DNA of 64,000 bases from Pyrodictiaceae archaeon (GTDB lineage: Archaea; Thermoproteota; Thermoprotei_A; Sulfolobales; WANQ01), in contig WANQ01000023.1 of NCBI GenBank assembly GCA_015521735.1, positions 63,169-127,168 of the forward strand. The letters are read 5' to 3'. Position numbers and translations under genes: made by a program. Of this stretch, positions 36,972 to 46,691 are shown piece after piece. The stretch's first letter is position 1; each line of letters begins with the position of its first letter. The notes under the pieces are model-generated. The model worked only from the letters and a program-made list of their open reading frames with translations. It did no database searches and had not been told where the DNA came from.

Positions 36972-37652
36972 CTATTTTCTTCTAGCAGTTGCTTTAGGAT
37001 TCCTTATCCTTAATTTAACTAGGGCTTCTAAGACCTTAATTGCAGCACCTGATGGATCTACTACTGGAACACTTATTTCCCTCTCAACTTTTTCTGCTAA
37101 TCCAGCTAGTCCCGTGCATCCAAGTACTATTATTTCTGCTCCCTTCTCTAAAGCTCTACGTGATGCTTCAACTAGCTTCTTAACCGTTAACTCTATGTCC
37201 TTATCTATGTCAAGTACTCCTAAATCAATACCCTCCAACGCTATCAGCTTGTCTCCAAAACCTAGTTCTCTTACATGCTCTTCTATCATCCACAATGCCT
37301 CGTTTCCTACAGTTACTATTCCTATTTTGCTTGAAACCATTGATGCAAGAGCCGTGGATGCTTCGCAAGGACCTACTACTGGTTTCTCAATCAAGCCTTT
37401 CAATAGGTTAACGCCGGGGTCTAGGAAACAGTTGACAATGAAGCCATCGTATTTATCCTTAAACTCTAATACCCTCTTAACAACTAAGGGTATTACCTCG
37501 GCATGTGCTTCAGGAGTCTCAACACTAGGAGGACCTTGAGGTAGTGAAACAACATCTACTATGGTGTCTTGTGAGGCAAAGCTTTGGTATATTCTTTTAT
37601 CTTGTTCATCCCATTTAGAATGCCCTACAGGGTTTACAACGAGAACCCTCAT
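36972..37652 (-). CDS. Asp/Glu/hydantoin racemase family protein
   Basis: The start is MRVLVVNPVG. Both catalytic cysteine motifs are present: VVGPCEAS and IVLGCTGL. Confidence 0.75.
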   Translation of the reverse strand: MRVLVVNPVGHSKWDEQDKRIYQSFASQDTIVDVVSLPQGPPSVETPEAHAEVIPLVVKRVLEFKDKYDGFIVNCFLDPGVNLLKGLIEKPVVGPCEASTALASMVSSKIGIVTVGNEALWMIEEHVRELGFGDKLIALEGIDLGVLDIDKDIELTVKKLVEASRRALEKGAEIIVLGCTGLAGLAEKVEREISVPVVDPSGAAIKVLEALVKLRIRNPKATARRK

Positions 37653-38752
37653 ATACCATGCCTCTTAACAAGTTCTTCTACTGGTACATAGTCATAGTCG
37701 AAGCCAAAGTGTCTTGGACCGAAGAGTTCTAGTCCTTTAGGTGTTCTCCACATTTCAGGTGCTTTAGCAGCCAGTACGTTAACCTTGTAACCCTCCCTCA
37801 ACTCGGTGTTGGTTACTGGCTCTCCATCATCTAGTACAAACATGATGAGATCTGGTGGCATTACTATTGGTTTATCATCAATCCAAGCCATTATATGCTC
37901 ATTCTTTATCCACGTCCTTAGTACATGGTTACTCCATTTACCAGTACCTTTAACCTCAACTTCTCCTAGAAGGAATCCTCCTTCATCTCTCCAATTATAC
38001 TTGTCTACTACTCCTTCAAATATCTTCCATCCATTTAGTACTTCAACTATTGCTTTAACAGGATCTTCTCCCTTCTCTCTAGTCTCATAAACTCTCTTAC
38101 CTAGCTTATAGGATAAACTAATAGTGTTCTTTACAACAGCTTTACTTGCCTTATCTATTGTTAAAGGCGTATCGACTACAGCAGCAGATTTTCCATCTAG
38201 TACTGATAGATATCTTGCAATAGCCTCATAGTCATCTATATCACTATACTCTTTAACTAATACTACGTTACCAGTACTAGTAACTATTACGGCAGGGTAC
38301 ATGGGTATATCGTATATGTGGACAGTACACTGGTGTAGTTCTGGAGCAGCTCTACCAAGAAGATCTCCATCAACTACTGGTAATCCCATCTTAGCTCCAA
38401 CGTATAATGGTACAGCTGTGTTTAAGCCACCTATCTCTGACGCTAGTACAGCTGTAATCTTCTTACCAAGATGCTTCTCCATTTCATCAAAGGCCTTCTT
38501 TATAGGCTCACTTATCTTTACTGGCTTCTTGGTTTTAGCTCCTGGAGCAATAGTTCCAACAAAGTATGGTACTACTATAATGGAGTCTTTATCTAGCTCC
38601 TCTAATTGTACTACATCTATTCTACCTCTAATGCTAAGTGCTTCTTCTAGGAGCTTCAATCCCTCTTTAGGGTCTCCTCCACCACCAGTACCAAGAATAG
38701 TCGTTCCTAGAACAAGGTACTCTAGGTCTCGTTTATCCTTAAGTGAGAACAT
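37649..38752 (-). CDS. DUF917-like protein (hydantoinase/racemase-associated family)
   Basis: The N-terminus is MFSLKDKRDLEYLVLGTTILGTGGGGDP. I trimmed the track ORF (to 38953) back to the ATG at 38752, because the extension overlaps the divergent gene and has non-protein-like composition. Confidence 0.55.
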   Translation of the reverse strand: MFSLKDKRDLEYLVLGTTILGTGGGGDPKEGLKLLEEALSIRGRIDVVQLEELDKDSIIVVPYFVGTIAPGAKTKKPVKISEPIKKAFDEMEKHLGKKITAVLASEIGGLNTAVPLYVGAKMGLPVVDGDLLGRAAPELHQCTVHIYDIPMYPAVIVTSTGNVVLVKEYSDIDDYEAIARYLSVLDGKSAAVVDTPLTIDKASKAVVKNTISLSYKLGKRVYETREKGEDPVKAIVEVLNGWKIFEGVVDKYNWRDEGGFLLGEVEVKGTGKWSNHVLRTWIKNEHIMAWIDDKPIVMPPDLIMFVLDDGEPVTNTELREGYKVNVLAAKAPEMWRTPKGLELFGPRHFGFDYDYVPVEELVKRHGI

Positions 38753-38785
38753 GATCTCACACGTTAACGTTAATTCACTTATCCC

Positions 38786-38801
38786 AGATATAAATATATC
38801 T
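38786..38801. promoter_or_regulatory. AT-rich inverted repeat AGATATA-AA-TATATCT in the divergent intergenic region (candidate bidirectional TATA/operator)
   Basis: A 7-bp perfect inverted repeat lies between the divergent starts at 38752 (-) and 38862 (+). Confidence 0.25.
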
Positions 38802-38861
38802 ACTATAGGCTGAAAAGAATTTTTAGGAGAATTTACCTTAACTGTTACCGGTGTATAGGTT

Positions 38862-39593
38862 TTGATACGAATTCTAGTTATAAATCCTGTATCAACTAGT
38901 GTGTGGGATAAAGTTACACAAGAGTACTTGGAGAAAATAGCTTCGCCTAACACTCAAGTTGTTGTAAGAAGCCTTAGAGAAGGACCTAAGTCCATTGAGA
39001 GCGAATATGACCGTGACTTGGCAGCTAGATATGTTGTTGAAGAGGTTGTAAGAGCTGAGAAGGAAGGGTTCAATGCTGTTGTAATAAACTGTTTTGATGA
39101 CCCTGGGCTACATGCTTCTAGGGAGAGAGTACGTATACCCGTGTATGGTATTGGTGAAACATCTATTACAGTTGCACTGCTTCTTGGGCATAAGATAGCT
39201 ATTATCTCTACTGGTAGAAATGCTAGAGCACTATACCATAAGAAGGCGTTAGAGATGGGCATAGTGGATAGAGTAGCATATACTGGTGGCATAGAGTTAG
39301 GCGTACTTGAGATGAGAGAAAACGTAGAGTTACTGAAAAAGCATGTTCTAGGTGAAGCACGAAAGGCTATTGAAGAATATGGTGCTGAGGTAATAGTGCT
39401 TGGCTGTGGAGGCTTCATAGGACTTGCCGACGACCTCTATAGAGAGCTTGGAGTCCCAGTAATAGACCCCACTCCTACTACATTCAAGGTCGCTGAAGCA
39501 CTCACCCTTCTAGGGCTAAGCCATAGTAAGAAGTACTTGTATAATCCACCAGAGCATAAGCTGAAGGAGTGGGCTGAGAGTAAGGCTAATTGA
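38862..39593 (+). CDS. Asp/Glu/hydantoin racemase family paralogue (first catalytic Cys replaced)
   Basis: The start is MIRILVINPVS. The second motif is retained (IVLGCGGF). The position equivalent to GPCEAS reads GIGETS. Confidence 0.7.
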   Translation: MIRILVINPVSTSVWDKVTQEYLEKIASPNTQVVVRSLREGPKSIESEYDRDLAARYVVEEVVRAEKEGFNAVVINCFDDPGLHASRERVRIPVYGIGETSITVALLLGHKIAIISTGRNARALYHKKALEMGIVDRVAYTGGIELGVLEMRENVELLKKHVLGEARKAIEEYGAEVIVLGCGGFIGLADDLYRELGVPVIDPTPTTFKVAEALTLLGLSHSKKYLYNPPEHKLKEWAESKAN

Positions 39594-39681
39594 AAGGGTT
39601 AAAATAAAACATATATACCACAGTATGGCTCCCACTATAGTCGTAGTATTAGGTATTTCCCCATAGAATAACTATTAGTGG

Positions 39682-41427
39682 GTGTGTGGAATGAACCACT
39701 CTCTCTTAAAAGGGGCTTCTAAGACGGTAGGGGTAGTAGTAGCAATCATAATAGTACTTATAGTAATAAGTGTAGTCGTTTATTTGTCCCAGAGACAACA
39801 AGTGACAACTACTCCTACAACTCCTTCACCAAGTCCAAGCCCTACTACAACACCTAGTCCATCACCTACAACAAAGCCTGCTAAGAAGACTATGGTGATT
39901 TATGCATCATTGTCAGAGATGACTAGTGCTGATCCTAGTACAGAATTCTCTAACTCTATCCTATGGATGTGCCTAGTCTATGAACCACTAGTTTGGTATG
40001 ATCCACTAGAAGATAAGTTGATACCAGGCTTAGCTGTTAAGTGGGAGAGTAATGAGAATGGTACAGTGTGGACATTCTATCTTAGAAAAGATGCTAAGTT
40101 CCACGATGGTACTCCGGTAACAGCTCAAGCAGTTAAGGCTAGTATTGAAAGAACCATTGCCTTAGGCCAAGGTGCAGCATTCATATGGGATCCAGTGGAG
40201 AGAATAGAAGTAGTCGATAACTACACAGTTAGATTCTATCTCAAGTATCCAGCAGCACTTGACAAAATAGCAGCTTCATCTTATGGTGCATGGATCTTTA
40301 GTCCCAAGGTTGTAGAGTATGCTGGTGCAAAGAATCTCACAGACCCCAAGGTTGCTGAATGGTTTAATTCCGGTAATGATGCTGGTAGTGGTCCTTACAG
40401 GCTAGTTAAGTGGGATCCAGAGAATGAGGTAATATTGGAGAAGAACCCTGACTGGTGGGGCTGGAAGCTAAAGGACTATTCACTAGCATCACCTAATGCC
40501 CCAGACGTGTTTGTTATAAAGATAGTTAAGGATGCTGTTACACAGGAAAGACTAGTACTATCTGGCGACATACACATTGCAGAATATGTGCCTCTAGAAG
40601 ACGTTGAAGCACTCAAGAACAATCCTAGAGTACAAGTAGTCATAAAGCCAAGCTTCCAGAACCTACTCATGCTCATAAACACTAAGAAGCCTCCACTAGA
40701 CAACGTACTTGTTAGGAGAGCTATTGCCCACGCAATACCCTACGAAGATATAGTAAAGGTTGCAAGAGCTGGATTAGCGAAAGTAGCTAGTGGCCCAATA
40801 CCACATGGCATGTGGGGTCACTTTGAAGACTTCTACTATGAGTACAACTTAACTCTAGCTAAAGAACTACTAGCTAAAGCTGGATACCCCAACGGTATTA
40901 ACAGGACACTACTACTAGTATACACTGCTGGCGACATCTACGAGAAGAGAACAGCTGAAATCATAAAGGCCAGCTTAGCCAAGATAGGCATAAAAGTTGA
41001 AATAAGGCCCATGAGCTGGGAAGAGCAGTGGTCTCTAGCACAAAGTGGATGGGAGAACCCTGAAGCAGCTCAAGACCTCTTCATATTCTACTGGTGGCCA
41101 ACATACATTACACCATTCGACTACCTATACAACATGTTCCATAGCGAGAGCAAGCTATTCAACCTATGCTACTACGAGAACCCAGAATTCGATAAACTAA
41201 TAGAGGAGGCTGTTAAGCTAGAAGCAATTAATAGAACTAAGGCTCTAGAACTATACTATAAGGCTCAGAAAATATTATACGAAGATGTACCAGCCATACC
41301 ACTATGGGATATGGAGGACGTAAGAGTAGCTGTTAAGGGCATAGGAAACCTCGACAAAGCCATAAACCCAGCATACCCAACAGTAATCTTCGCTCAAGTA
41401 CTAGACGTTAGCGGTCTACAAGGCTGA
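39682..41427 (+). CDS. ABC transporter substrate-binding protein, family 5 (peptide/nickel, Dpp/Opp type), membrane-anchored
   Basis: An N-terminal TM helix is followed by a T/P/S-rich linker (TTTPTTPSPSPSPTTTPSPSPTT). The SBP_bac_5-type core reads KWESNENGTVWTFYLRKDAKFHDGTPVTA. Confidence 0.85.
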   Translation: MCGMNHSLLKGASKTVGVVVAIIIVLIVISVVVYLSQRQQVTTTPTTPSPSPSPTTTPSPSPTTKPAKKTMVIYASLSEMTSADPSTEFSNSILWMCLVYEPLVWYDPLEDKLIPGLAVKWESNENGTVWTFYLRKDAKFHDGTPVTAQAVKASIERTIALGQGAAFIWDPVERIEVVDNYTVRFYLKYPAALDKIAASSYGAWIFSPKVVEYAGAKNLTDPKVAEWFNSGNDAGSGPYRLVKWDPENEVILEKNPDWWGWKLKDYSLASPNAPDVFVIKIVKDAVTQERLVLSGDIHIAEYVPLEDVEALKNNPRVQVVIKPSFQNLLMLINTKKPPLDNVLVRRAIAHAIPYEDIVKVARAGLAKVASGPIPHGMWGHFEDFYYEYNLTLAKELLAKAGYPNGINRTLLLVYTAGDIYEKRTAEIIKASLAKIGIKVEIRPMSWEEQWSLAQSGWENPEAAQDLFIFYWWPTYITPFDYLYNMFHSESKLFNLCYYENPEFDKLIEEAVKLEAINRTKALELYYKAQKILYEDVPAIPLWDMEDVRVAVKGIGNLDKAINPAYPTVIFAQVLDVSGLQG

Positions 41428-41531
41428 AAACAACATGTTTTAAATAAACAAACTCATCTCTTTTTAAATTAAAGACAACATGCTTTAAGTACGTTAAGTA
41501 TACTTTGACTTAGTAATGGGGGCTAGAGTTA

Positions 41532-42554
41532 ATGCCCATAAGTAGAGAGTACATAATCAAGAGGCTCATACTACTAGTAGTGGTTGTATTTGGTGTTCTA
41601 ATAATTACATTCGTTATTACACGTGTTATACCTGCTAGACCAGAACTATTATGGGCTGGTGCACACCCTACTCCAGAACAGTTGGAGAAAGCTAGAAAGG
41701 AGCTTCACTTAGATGAGCCTATATATGTTCAATTGTATTATTACTTGGCTGACTTCTTTAGAGGTAATTGGGGTGTTTCTTGGAGAACTAGGCAACCAGT
41801 ACTCCAGGACATACTAAGTGCTCTACCTGCAACATTGGAGCTAGTAATAGTTGCATTCATAATAGCAATAGCATTAGGTGTACCACTTGGCGCTATAGCT
41901 GCTTTGAAAAGAAATACTTGGATAGACCATGTTATTAGGATTGTATCTGTTCTTGGAGCATCTGTTCCAGTATTCTGGCTTGCACTAATATTGCAGTTAG
42001 TTCTCAGTAGTTGGCTTGGAATACTTCCTGGAGCTAAGAGAGTAGATGAACTAGTAGTCTATGAGACAGGGTTTAAGCCTATAACAGGGTTTATACTATT
42101 TGATAGCTTAATTGAAGGTAACTTCGAAGTATTTGTTAACGCTTTACACCACATCATATTACCTGCTATAGTCTTATCGTTTTACCCATTCGGTCTTAGT
42201 GCTAGGATGACTAGAGCCGTTATGACTGAGGTGTTAAGTGAGCTCTATACAAGAAGTGCTCTTGCATGGGGTCTTCCTAGAAGACTGGTAATATACAAGT
42301 ATGCGTTGAAGAACACGTTAGCTCCAGTTATAGCTTCACTCGGATTATCTTTTGGTTATACTATTATTGGTGCGTTCATGGTTGAGTTGATATTTGTTTG
42401 GCCTGGTATTGGATTATATGCGGCTATGGCTCTACTAAGCTATGATTATCCTGCTATAATGGGTTGTGTAATAGTTGTTGCAATAATCTATACTGTTATC
42501 AACATGATCGTGGACGTTGTACACGCAATAATTGATCCAAGGGTGAAGCTGTAA
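41532..42554 (+). CDS. ABC transporter permease (DppB/OppB-like)
   Basis: The start YIIKRLILLVVVVFGVLIITFVITRVIP is typical. There are six predicted TM segments and a characteristic C-terminal DPRVK. Confidence 0.85.
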   Translation: MPISREYIIKRLILLVVVVFGVLIITFVITRVIPARPELLWAGAHPTPEQLEKARKELHLDEPIYVQLYYYLADFFRGNWGVSWRTRQPVLQDILSALPATLELVIVAFIIAIALGVPLGAIAALKRNTWIDHVIRIVSVLGASVPVFWLALILQLVLSSWLGILPGAKRVDELVVYETGFKPITGFILFDSLIEGNFEVFVNALHHIILPAIVLSFYPFGLSARMTRAVMTEVLSELYTRSALAWGLPRRLVIYKYALKNTLAPVIASLGLSFGYTIIGAFMVELIFVWPGIGLYAAMALLSYDYPAIMGCVIVVAIIYTVINMIVDVVHAIIDPRVKL

Positions 42555-43435
42555 TGATCCCAGAGGATGTTAAGATAATATTTAGGTTGATTAAGAGTAA
42601 CCCGGTATCACTTGCAGGCTTAATCATAGTTGCAGGCTTCATAATAGTAGGTATCATAGCGCCATTTATCGTGCCTTACCCAGAGGATGCTTGGGGAGAA
42701 GTATATCATATGGAGCGTAGATTTCAGCCTCCTAGCTGGGAGCACCCCTTTGGTACTGATGCCATGGGCCGTGACGTATTTAGTAGAGTGATACTAGGAG
42801 CTAGGTTCTCGTTAATTATAGCTGTAGGTGTTGTAGGATTAGCGTTGATCATAGGTATACCAGTAGGATTAGTTGCTGGCTATGTTGGAGGTAAGCTTGG
42901 GACAGCTTTAATGAGGATAACTGACATGTTCTTAGCATTCCCTCCACTACTCCTAGCTATTGCCTTAGCTGCTACCCTGGGTAGAGGGCTAGTTAACACT
43001 ATAATAGCACTCGCTATTAGCTGGTGGCCTTGGTATGCAAGACTAGTTTACGTTCAAGTAAACTCTATTAAATCCCTACCATACGTTGATGCTGCTAGAA
43101 TCATAGGCCTACATCCACTAGCCATAATGTTTAAACACGTCTTACCCAACGCGTTAACCCCAGTGACAGTTCAAGCTGCACTAGACATGGGGTCAGCCAT
43201 ACTTGAAGCAGCTGGGTTAAGCTTCCTTGGAGTAGGTGTTAAGCCTCCAACACCTGAATGGGGCTTACTTGTTACTGAGGGCTGGACCTCCATCAACATT
43301 GCCTGGTGGATTAGCCTGTTCCCAGGTCTAGCCATATTGATAACAGTATTAGGGTTCAACCTACTAGCTGATGCTGTACGTGAGGCGGGCGATCCTAGGC
43401 TTAGAAGAATACTATTAGTTGGGAGGAAGATATAG
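42554..43435 (+). CDS. ABC transporter permease (DppC/OppC-like)
   Basis: HPFGTDAMGRDVFSRVILGAR and a C-terminal DPRLR are typical of OppC/DppC. The start overlaps the upstream stop. Confidence 0.85.
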   Translation: MIPEDVKIIFRLIKSNPVSLAGLIIVAGFIIVGIIAPFIVPYPEDAWGEVYHMERRFQPPSWEHPFGTDAMGRDVFSRVILGARFSLIIAVGVVGLALIIGIPVGLVAGYVGGKLGTALMRITDMFLAFPPLLLAIALAATLGRGLVNTIIALAISWWPWYARLVYVQVNSIKSLPYVDAARIIGLHPLAIMFKHVLPNALTPVTVQAALDMGSAILEAAGLSFLGVGVKPPTPEWGLLVTEGWTSINIAWWISLFPGLAILITVLGFNLLADAVREAGDPRLRRILLVGRKI

Positions 43436-44408
43436 CATGGACGTTAAGCCCTTAGTAGTAGAAAACCTAACCATACACTACTATACTCTTGAGGGAATAG
43501 TTAAGGCTGTAAGAAATGTTAGCTTTAGCGTTGAGAAAGGCGAATCAGTATGCCTTGTAGGTGAAAGCGGTAGTGGTAAATCCACTATAGGCTTAGCTAT
43601 TGTTGGAGCACTACCAGGTAATGCTAGAATTGTTTCAGGTAGAATACTTGTAAATGGGGTTGATGTCCTAAGGCTTAGTCAGAAAGAACTAGAGAAGATT
43701 AGGGGACGAGAAGTATCAATAATATTCCAGGATCCAGCAGCATCGTTCAATCCATTATTCACTATAGGCCAGATACTAAGTGATGTAATAAAATACAAGC
43801 TTAACGTAAAGGATAAGAATGAGTTAAGGAAGCTAGCACTAAGTGCTCTTAGAATGGTTGGATTACCTGATCCTGAGAGAATATATAATTCTTATCCACA
43901 TGAATTGAGTGGTGGAATGCTTCAAAGAGCAGCTATAGCTGTAGCATTATCTACTAAGCCTAGTGTACTAGTAGCTGATGAGCCTACAACAATGCTTGAT
44001 GTTACTCTTCAAGCACAAATACTTGATCTCCTACAAGATCTTAGACGTAAGCTTGGACTAGCACTTGTATTCATAACACATAATCTTGGAGTTGCAGCAG
44101 CTATATGTGATAAGATTCTCGTAATATATGCTGGATCTATGGTGGAGTATGGGCCAGTGGATGAGGTGTTAACCTCACCTCTACACCCATATACTAAGAG
44201 ACTGCTTGAATGTGTTCCACGTTCTAGTGCTAGGGTTGGTAGATTAAAGTATATTCCAGGTTCTCTTCCAGACTTAAGAAAGCTTCCACCAGGCTGTGTT
44301 TTTGCTCCTAGGTGTAGTGAGGTCATGGAGGTATGTAAGAGCGTTGAACCTAGGATTGTAGAGGTTAAGCCTGGACACATGGTTGCATGCCACAAGTATT
44401 CTAGGTGA
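43419..44408 (+). CDS. ABC transporter ATP-binding protein (DppD/OppD-like)
   Basis: Walker A is GESGSGKST, the signature is LSGGMLQR and Walker B is LVADEPTTMLD. The C-terminal oligopeptide-type extension contains Cys residues. The true start is probably ATG 43437. Confidence 0.9.
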   Translation: MGGRYSMDVKPLVVENLTIHYYTLEGIVKAVRNVSFSVEKGESVCLVGESGSGKSTIGLAIVGALPGNARIVSGRILVNGVDVLRLSQKELEKIRGREVSIIFQDPAASFNPLFTIGQILSDVIKYKLNVKDKNELRKLALSALRMVGLPDPERIYNSYPHELSGGMLQRAAIAVALSTKPSVLVADEPTTMLDVTLQAQILDLLQDLRRKLGLALVFITHNLGVAAAICDKILVIYAGSMVEYGPVDEVLTSPLHPYTKRLLECVPRSSARVGRLKYIPGSLPDLRKLPPGCVFAPRCSEVMEVCKSVEPRIVEVKPGHMVACHKYSR

Positions 44409-45390
44409 TAATGTGGGCTTACTTGATGTAATAGACCTTGTCAAATACTTTCCTATACGTAAGGGTGTGTTTGGGCGTATAGTAGGTTATGTTAGAGCAG
44501 TTGACCACGTAACATTTAGTATTGGTGAAAACGAGACATTTGCACTAGTAGGTGAAAGTGGTAGTGGTAAAACAACAACGGCGAAGTGTATACTAGGATT
44601 ACTTAAGCCTACATCTGGTAAAATAGTCTTCATGGGCAAGAATATAGTAGAGTTAAAGGGTTCTGAAGCCAAATGGTATCGTAGGAATGTTCAAGCTGTT
44701 TTCCAAAACCCCTTCCTATCCCTTAACCCTAGAATGAAGGTTGAAGATATTGTTGCTGAGCCTCTCAAGGTACATAATAAGGATTTACCAAAGGATGAGG
44801 TTAAGAAGATAGTATATGATGTACTAGAACGCGTAGGTCTTACCAAGGCATTAGCTAAAAGATACCCGTATGATCTAAGTGGTGGCCAGGCGCAAAGAGT
44901 TGCAATTGCACGTGCAATAGTATTAAAGCCTAAACTTGTTGTTCTAGATGAGCCTACATCAGCTCTAGACGTGTCGGTTCAAGCACAAATACTTAACCTA
45001 TTAGTAGACTTAAAGAATGAGTTAAAGTTATCCTATCTAATGATATCCCACGACCTATCCGTTGTAAGGTATATTAGTGATTGGGTAGCAGTAATGTATC
45101 TAGGTAAAATAGTAGAACTTGCACCAACTGAGGAATTATTTGAAAAACCCTTACACCCGTACACTCAAGCCCTATTATCAGCTGTACCTGAACCCGACCC
45201 TAAGATTATGAAGTCTAAGAAGAGAATAGTATTACCTGGTGAACCTCCAAGTGCTATTAATCCTCCACCAGGCTGTAGACTTCACCCTAGATGCCCCTAC
45301 GCTAAGGATAAGTGTAGAGTAGAAGAGCCAAAGCTTATAGAATATGAACGTAATCACTGGGTAGCATGTCATCTATACACTAGGCGTTGA
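44383..45390 (+). CDS. ABC transporter ATP-binding protein (DppF/OppF-like)
   Basis: Walker A is GESGSGKTT, the signature is LSGGQAQR and Walker B is VVLDEPTSALD. Confidence 0.9.
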   Translation: MHATSILGDNVGLLDVIDLVKYFPIRKGVFGRIVGYVRAVDHVTFSIGENETFALVGESGSGKTTTAKCILGLLKPTSGKIVFMGKNIVELKGSEAKWYRRNVQAVFQNPFLSLNPRMKVEDIVAEPLKVHNKDLPKDEVKKIVYDVLERVGLTKALAKRYPYDLSGGQAQRVAIARAIVLKPKLVVLDEPTSALDVSVQAQILNLLVDLKNELKLSYLMISHDLSVVRYISDWVAVMYLGKIVELAPTEELFEKPLHPYTQALLSAVPEPDPKIMKSKKRIVLPGEPPSAINPPPGCRLHPRCPYAKDKCRVEEPKLIEYERNHWVACHLYTRR

Positions 45391-45446
45391 ACTATACTCT
45401 ACTTTAATACTCGTACTCCTCCATAAATATACTTGGGTGTAGACAC

Positions 45447-46505
45447 GTGGATCCACGTAAGTTAATGGATGAGATAAAGTCTTCAGTTATAAACATGTTC
45501 AAGGTTAACATGGGCCTTAAACCTGGTGAAAAAGTACTAGTAGTAACCGATTACCCGGAGAAAGATCACTGGAGTAGCTATGATGTTGAAGTGCTTAGGG
45601 ATATAGTTGATAGGACTATGCTTGCACGAGTAGTATTCGATATTGCTCGTGGAGAGTTTAAGAATAATAAGATTGACTTCCTAGCTTACCCATTAACTGG
45701 TAGGCATGGAGCTGAACCACCTAGTTATGTTGGAGACGAAATGAGTAAGTATGACGTGGTTGTAGCTATAACATCGTTTTCGCTATCACATACCAATGCT
45801 CGTGAAAAAGCTACTAGGGCTGGTGCTAGAATAGCTAGTATGCCAGGGTTTACAGCCGACATGTTCTTACCTGAAGGACCTATGAGTGTAGACTATAAGC
45901 AGGTTAGTAGCTTTTCTAGAAGACTAGCAGAGTACCTTAAGGGCTCTAAGACTATTAGAGTTGTAACCGAGAAGGGTACTGATATAGAGTTTAGCGTTGA
46001 AGGCCGTGAATGGGGTGTTGATGACGGAATATATGATAAGCCTAGAGCATGGGGGAATCTTCCTGCTGGCGAGGTATACGTGGCACCAGTAGAAGGTACA
46101 GCTAATGGTAGAATAGTTGTTGAGAAAGGCTGGTATCCTAGACTAGAAGAAGACATGATACTCCACGTTAAGGATGGACTAGTAGTAGAAGTTGAAGGTG
46201 GTGGTAGTGTAGGAGACTACTTTAGACAAGTCCTCGGGCTATCTCCTAGAGTTGACGATGACCTACACCGTAGGCGTAGGAATATAGCTGAATTCGGCGT
46301 AGGCACTAATCCTAAGGCTAAGAGGCCAGACAACGTATTGGAAGCAGAGAAAATACTAGGTACAATACATATAGCAGTAGGCGACAACAGCCACTTAGGC
46401 GGAGTAGTAGAAGCAGATATACATGAAGACTTCATAATCCCTAAGCCAACAGTATACGTTGACGGAAAAATATTTATGGATAAAGGAAAACACGTAATCA
46501 CGTGA
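45447..46505 (+). CDS. M29-family aminopeptidase (AmpS/aminopeptidase T-like)
   Basis: LKPGEKVLVVTD, GTDIEFSVEG, GNLPAGEVYVAP, EFGVGTNPKA and LGTIHIAVGDN appear in the order typical of M29. Confidence 0.65.
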   Translation: MDPRKLMDEIKSSVINMFKVNMGLKPGEKVLVVTDYPEKDHWSSYDVEVLRDIVDRTMLARVVFDIARGEFKNNKIDFLAYPLTGRHGAEPPSYVGDEMSKYDVVVAITSFSLSHTNAREKATRAGARIASMPGFTADMFLPEGPMSVDYKQVSSFSRRLAEYLKGSKTIRVVTEKGTDIEFSVEGREWGVDDGIYDKPRAWGNLPAGEVYVAPVEGTANGRIVVEKGWYPRLEEDMILHVKDGLVVEVEGGGSVGDYFRQVLGLSPRVDDDLHRRRRNIAEFGVGTNPKAKRPDNVLEAEKILGTIHIAVGDNSHLGGVVEADIHEDFIIPKPTVYVDGKIFMDKGKHVIT

Positions 46506-46691
46506 ATCAAGTCATCACCTTAAAACTTGAATTCAGATGTTATGCAGTGTCATATTAAGCAGTATTAACCTATCCATAGCCAAGTAAAGACAAAGTATAC
46601 CTGGAAATACCTCTCTACTTCCTGTAAGATTAAGTGACGTTTACTTTAATCAAGAGCGTTTATAACATTATCTTAGCCTATAACTCTCTAT

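Noticed and set aside
36946-37539. 197-aa + strand ORF overlapping the racemase gene
   Set aside because: Its S/T/P/L-rich composition carries no motifs. The minus-strand frame encodes a full racemase with both catalytic Cys motifs.
38753-38953. N-terminal 67-codon extension of the DUF917-like ORF as given in the ORF track
   Set aside because: The extension overlaps the start of the divergent racemase gene (38862) and has odd composition. The ATG at 38752 gives the family-like N-terminus MFSLKDKRD...LGTGGGGDP and leaves a sensible 109-bp divergent promoter region.
38954-39418. 154-aa minus-strand ORF opposite the second racemase gene
   Set aside because: It is an S/T/P-rich antisense shadow. 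The + strand frame has the racemase-family layout.
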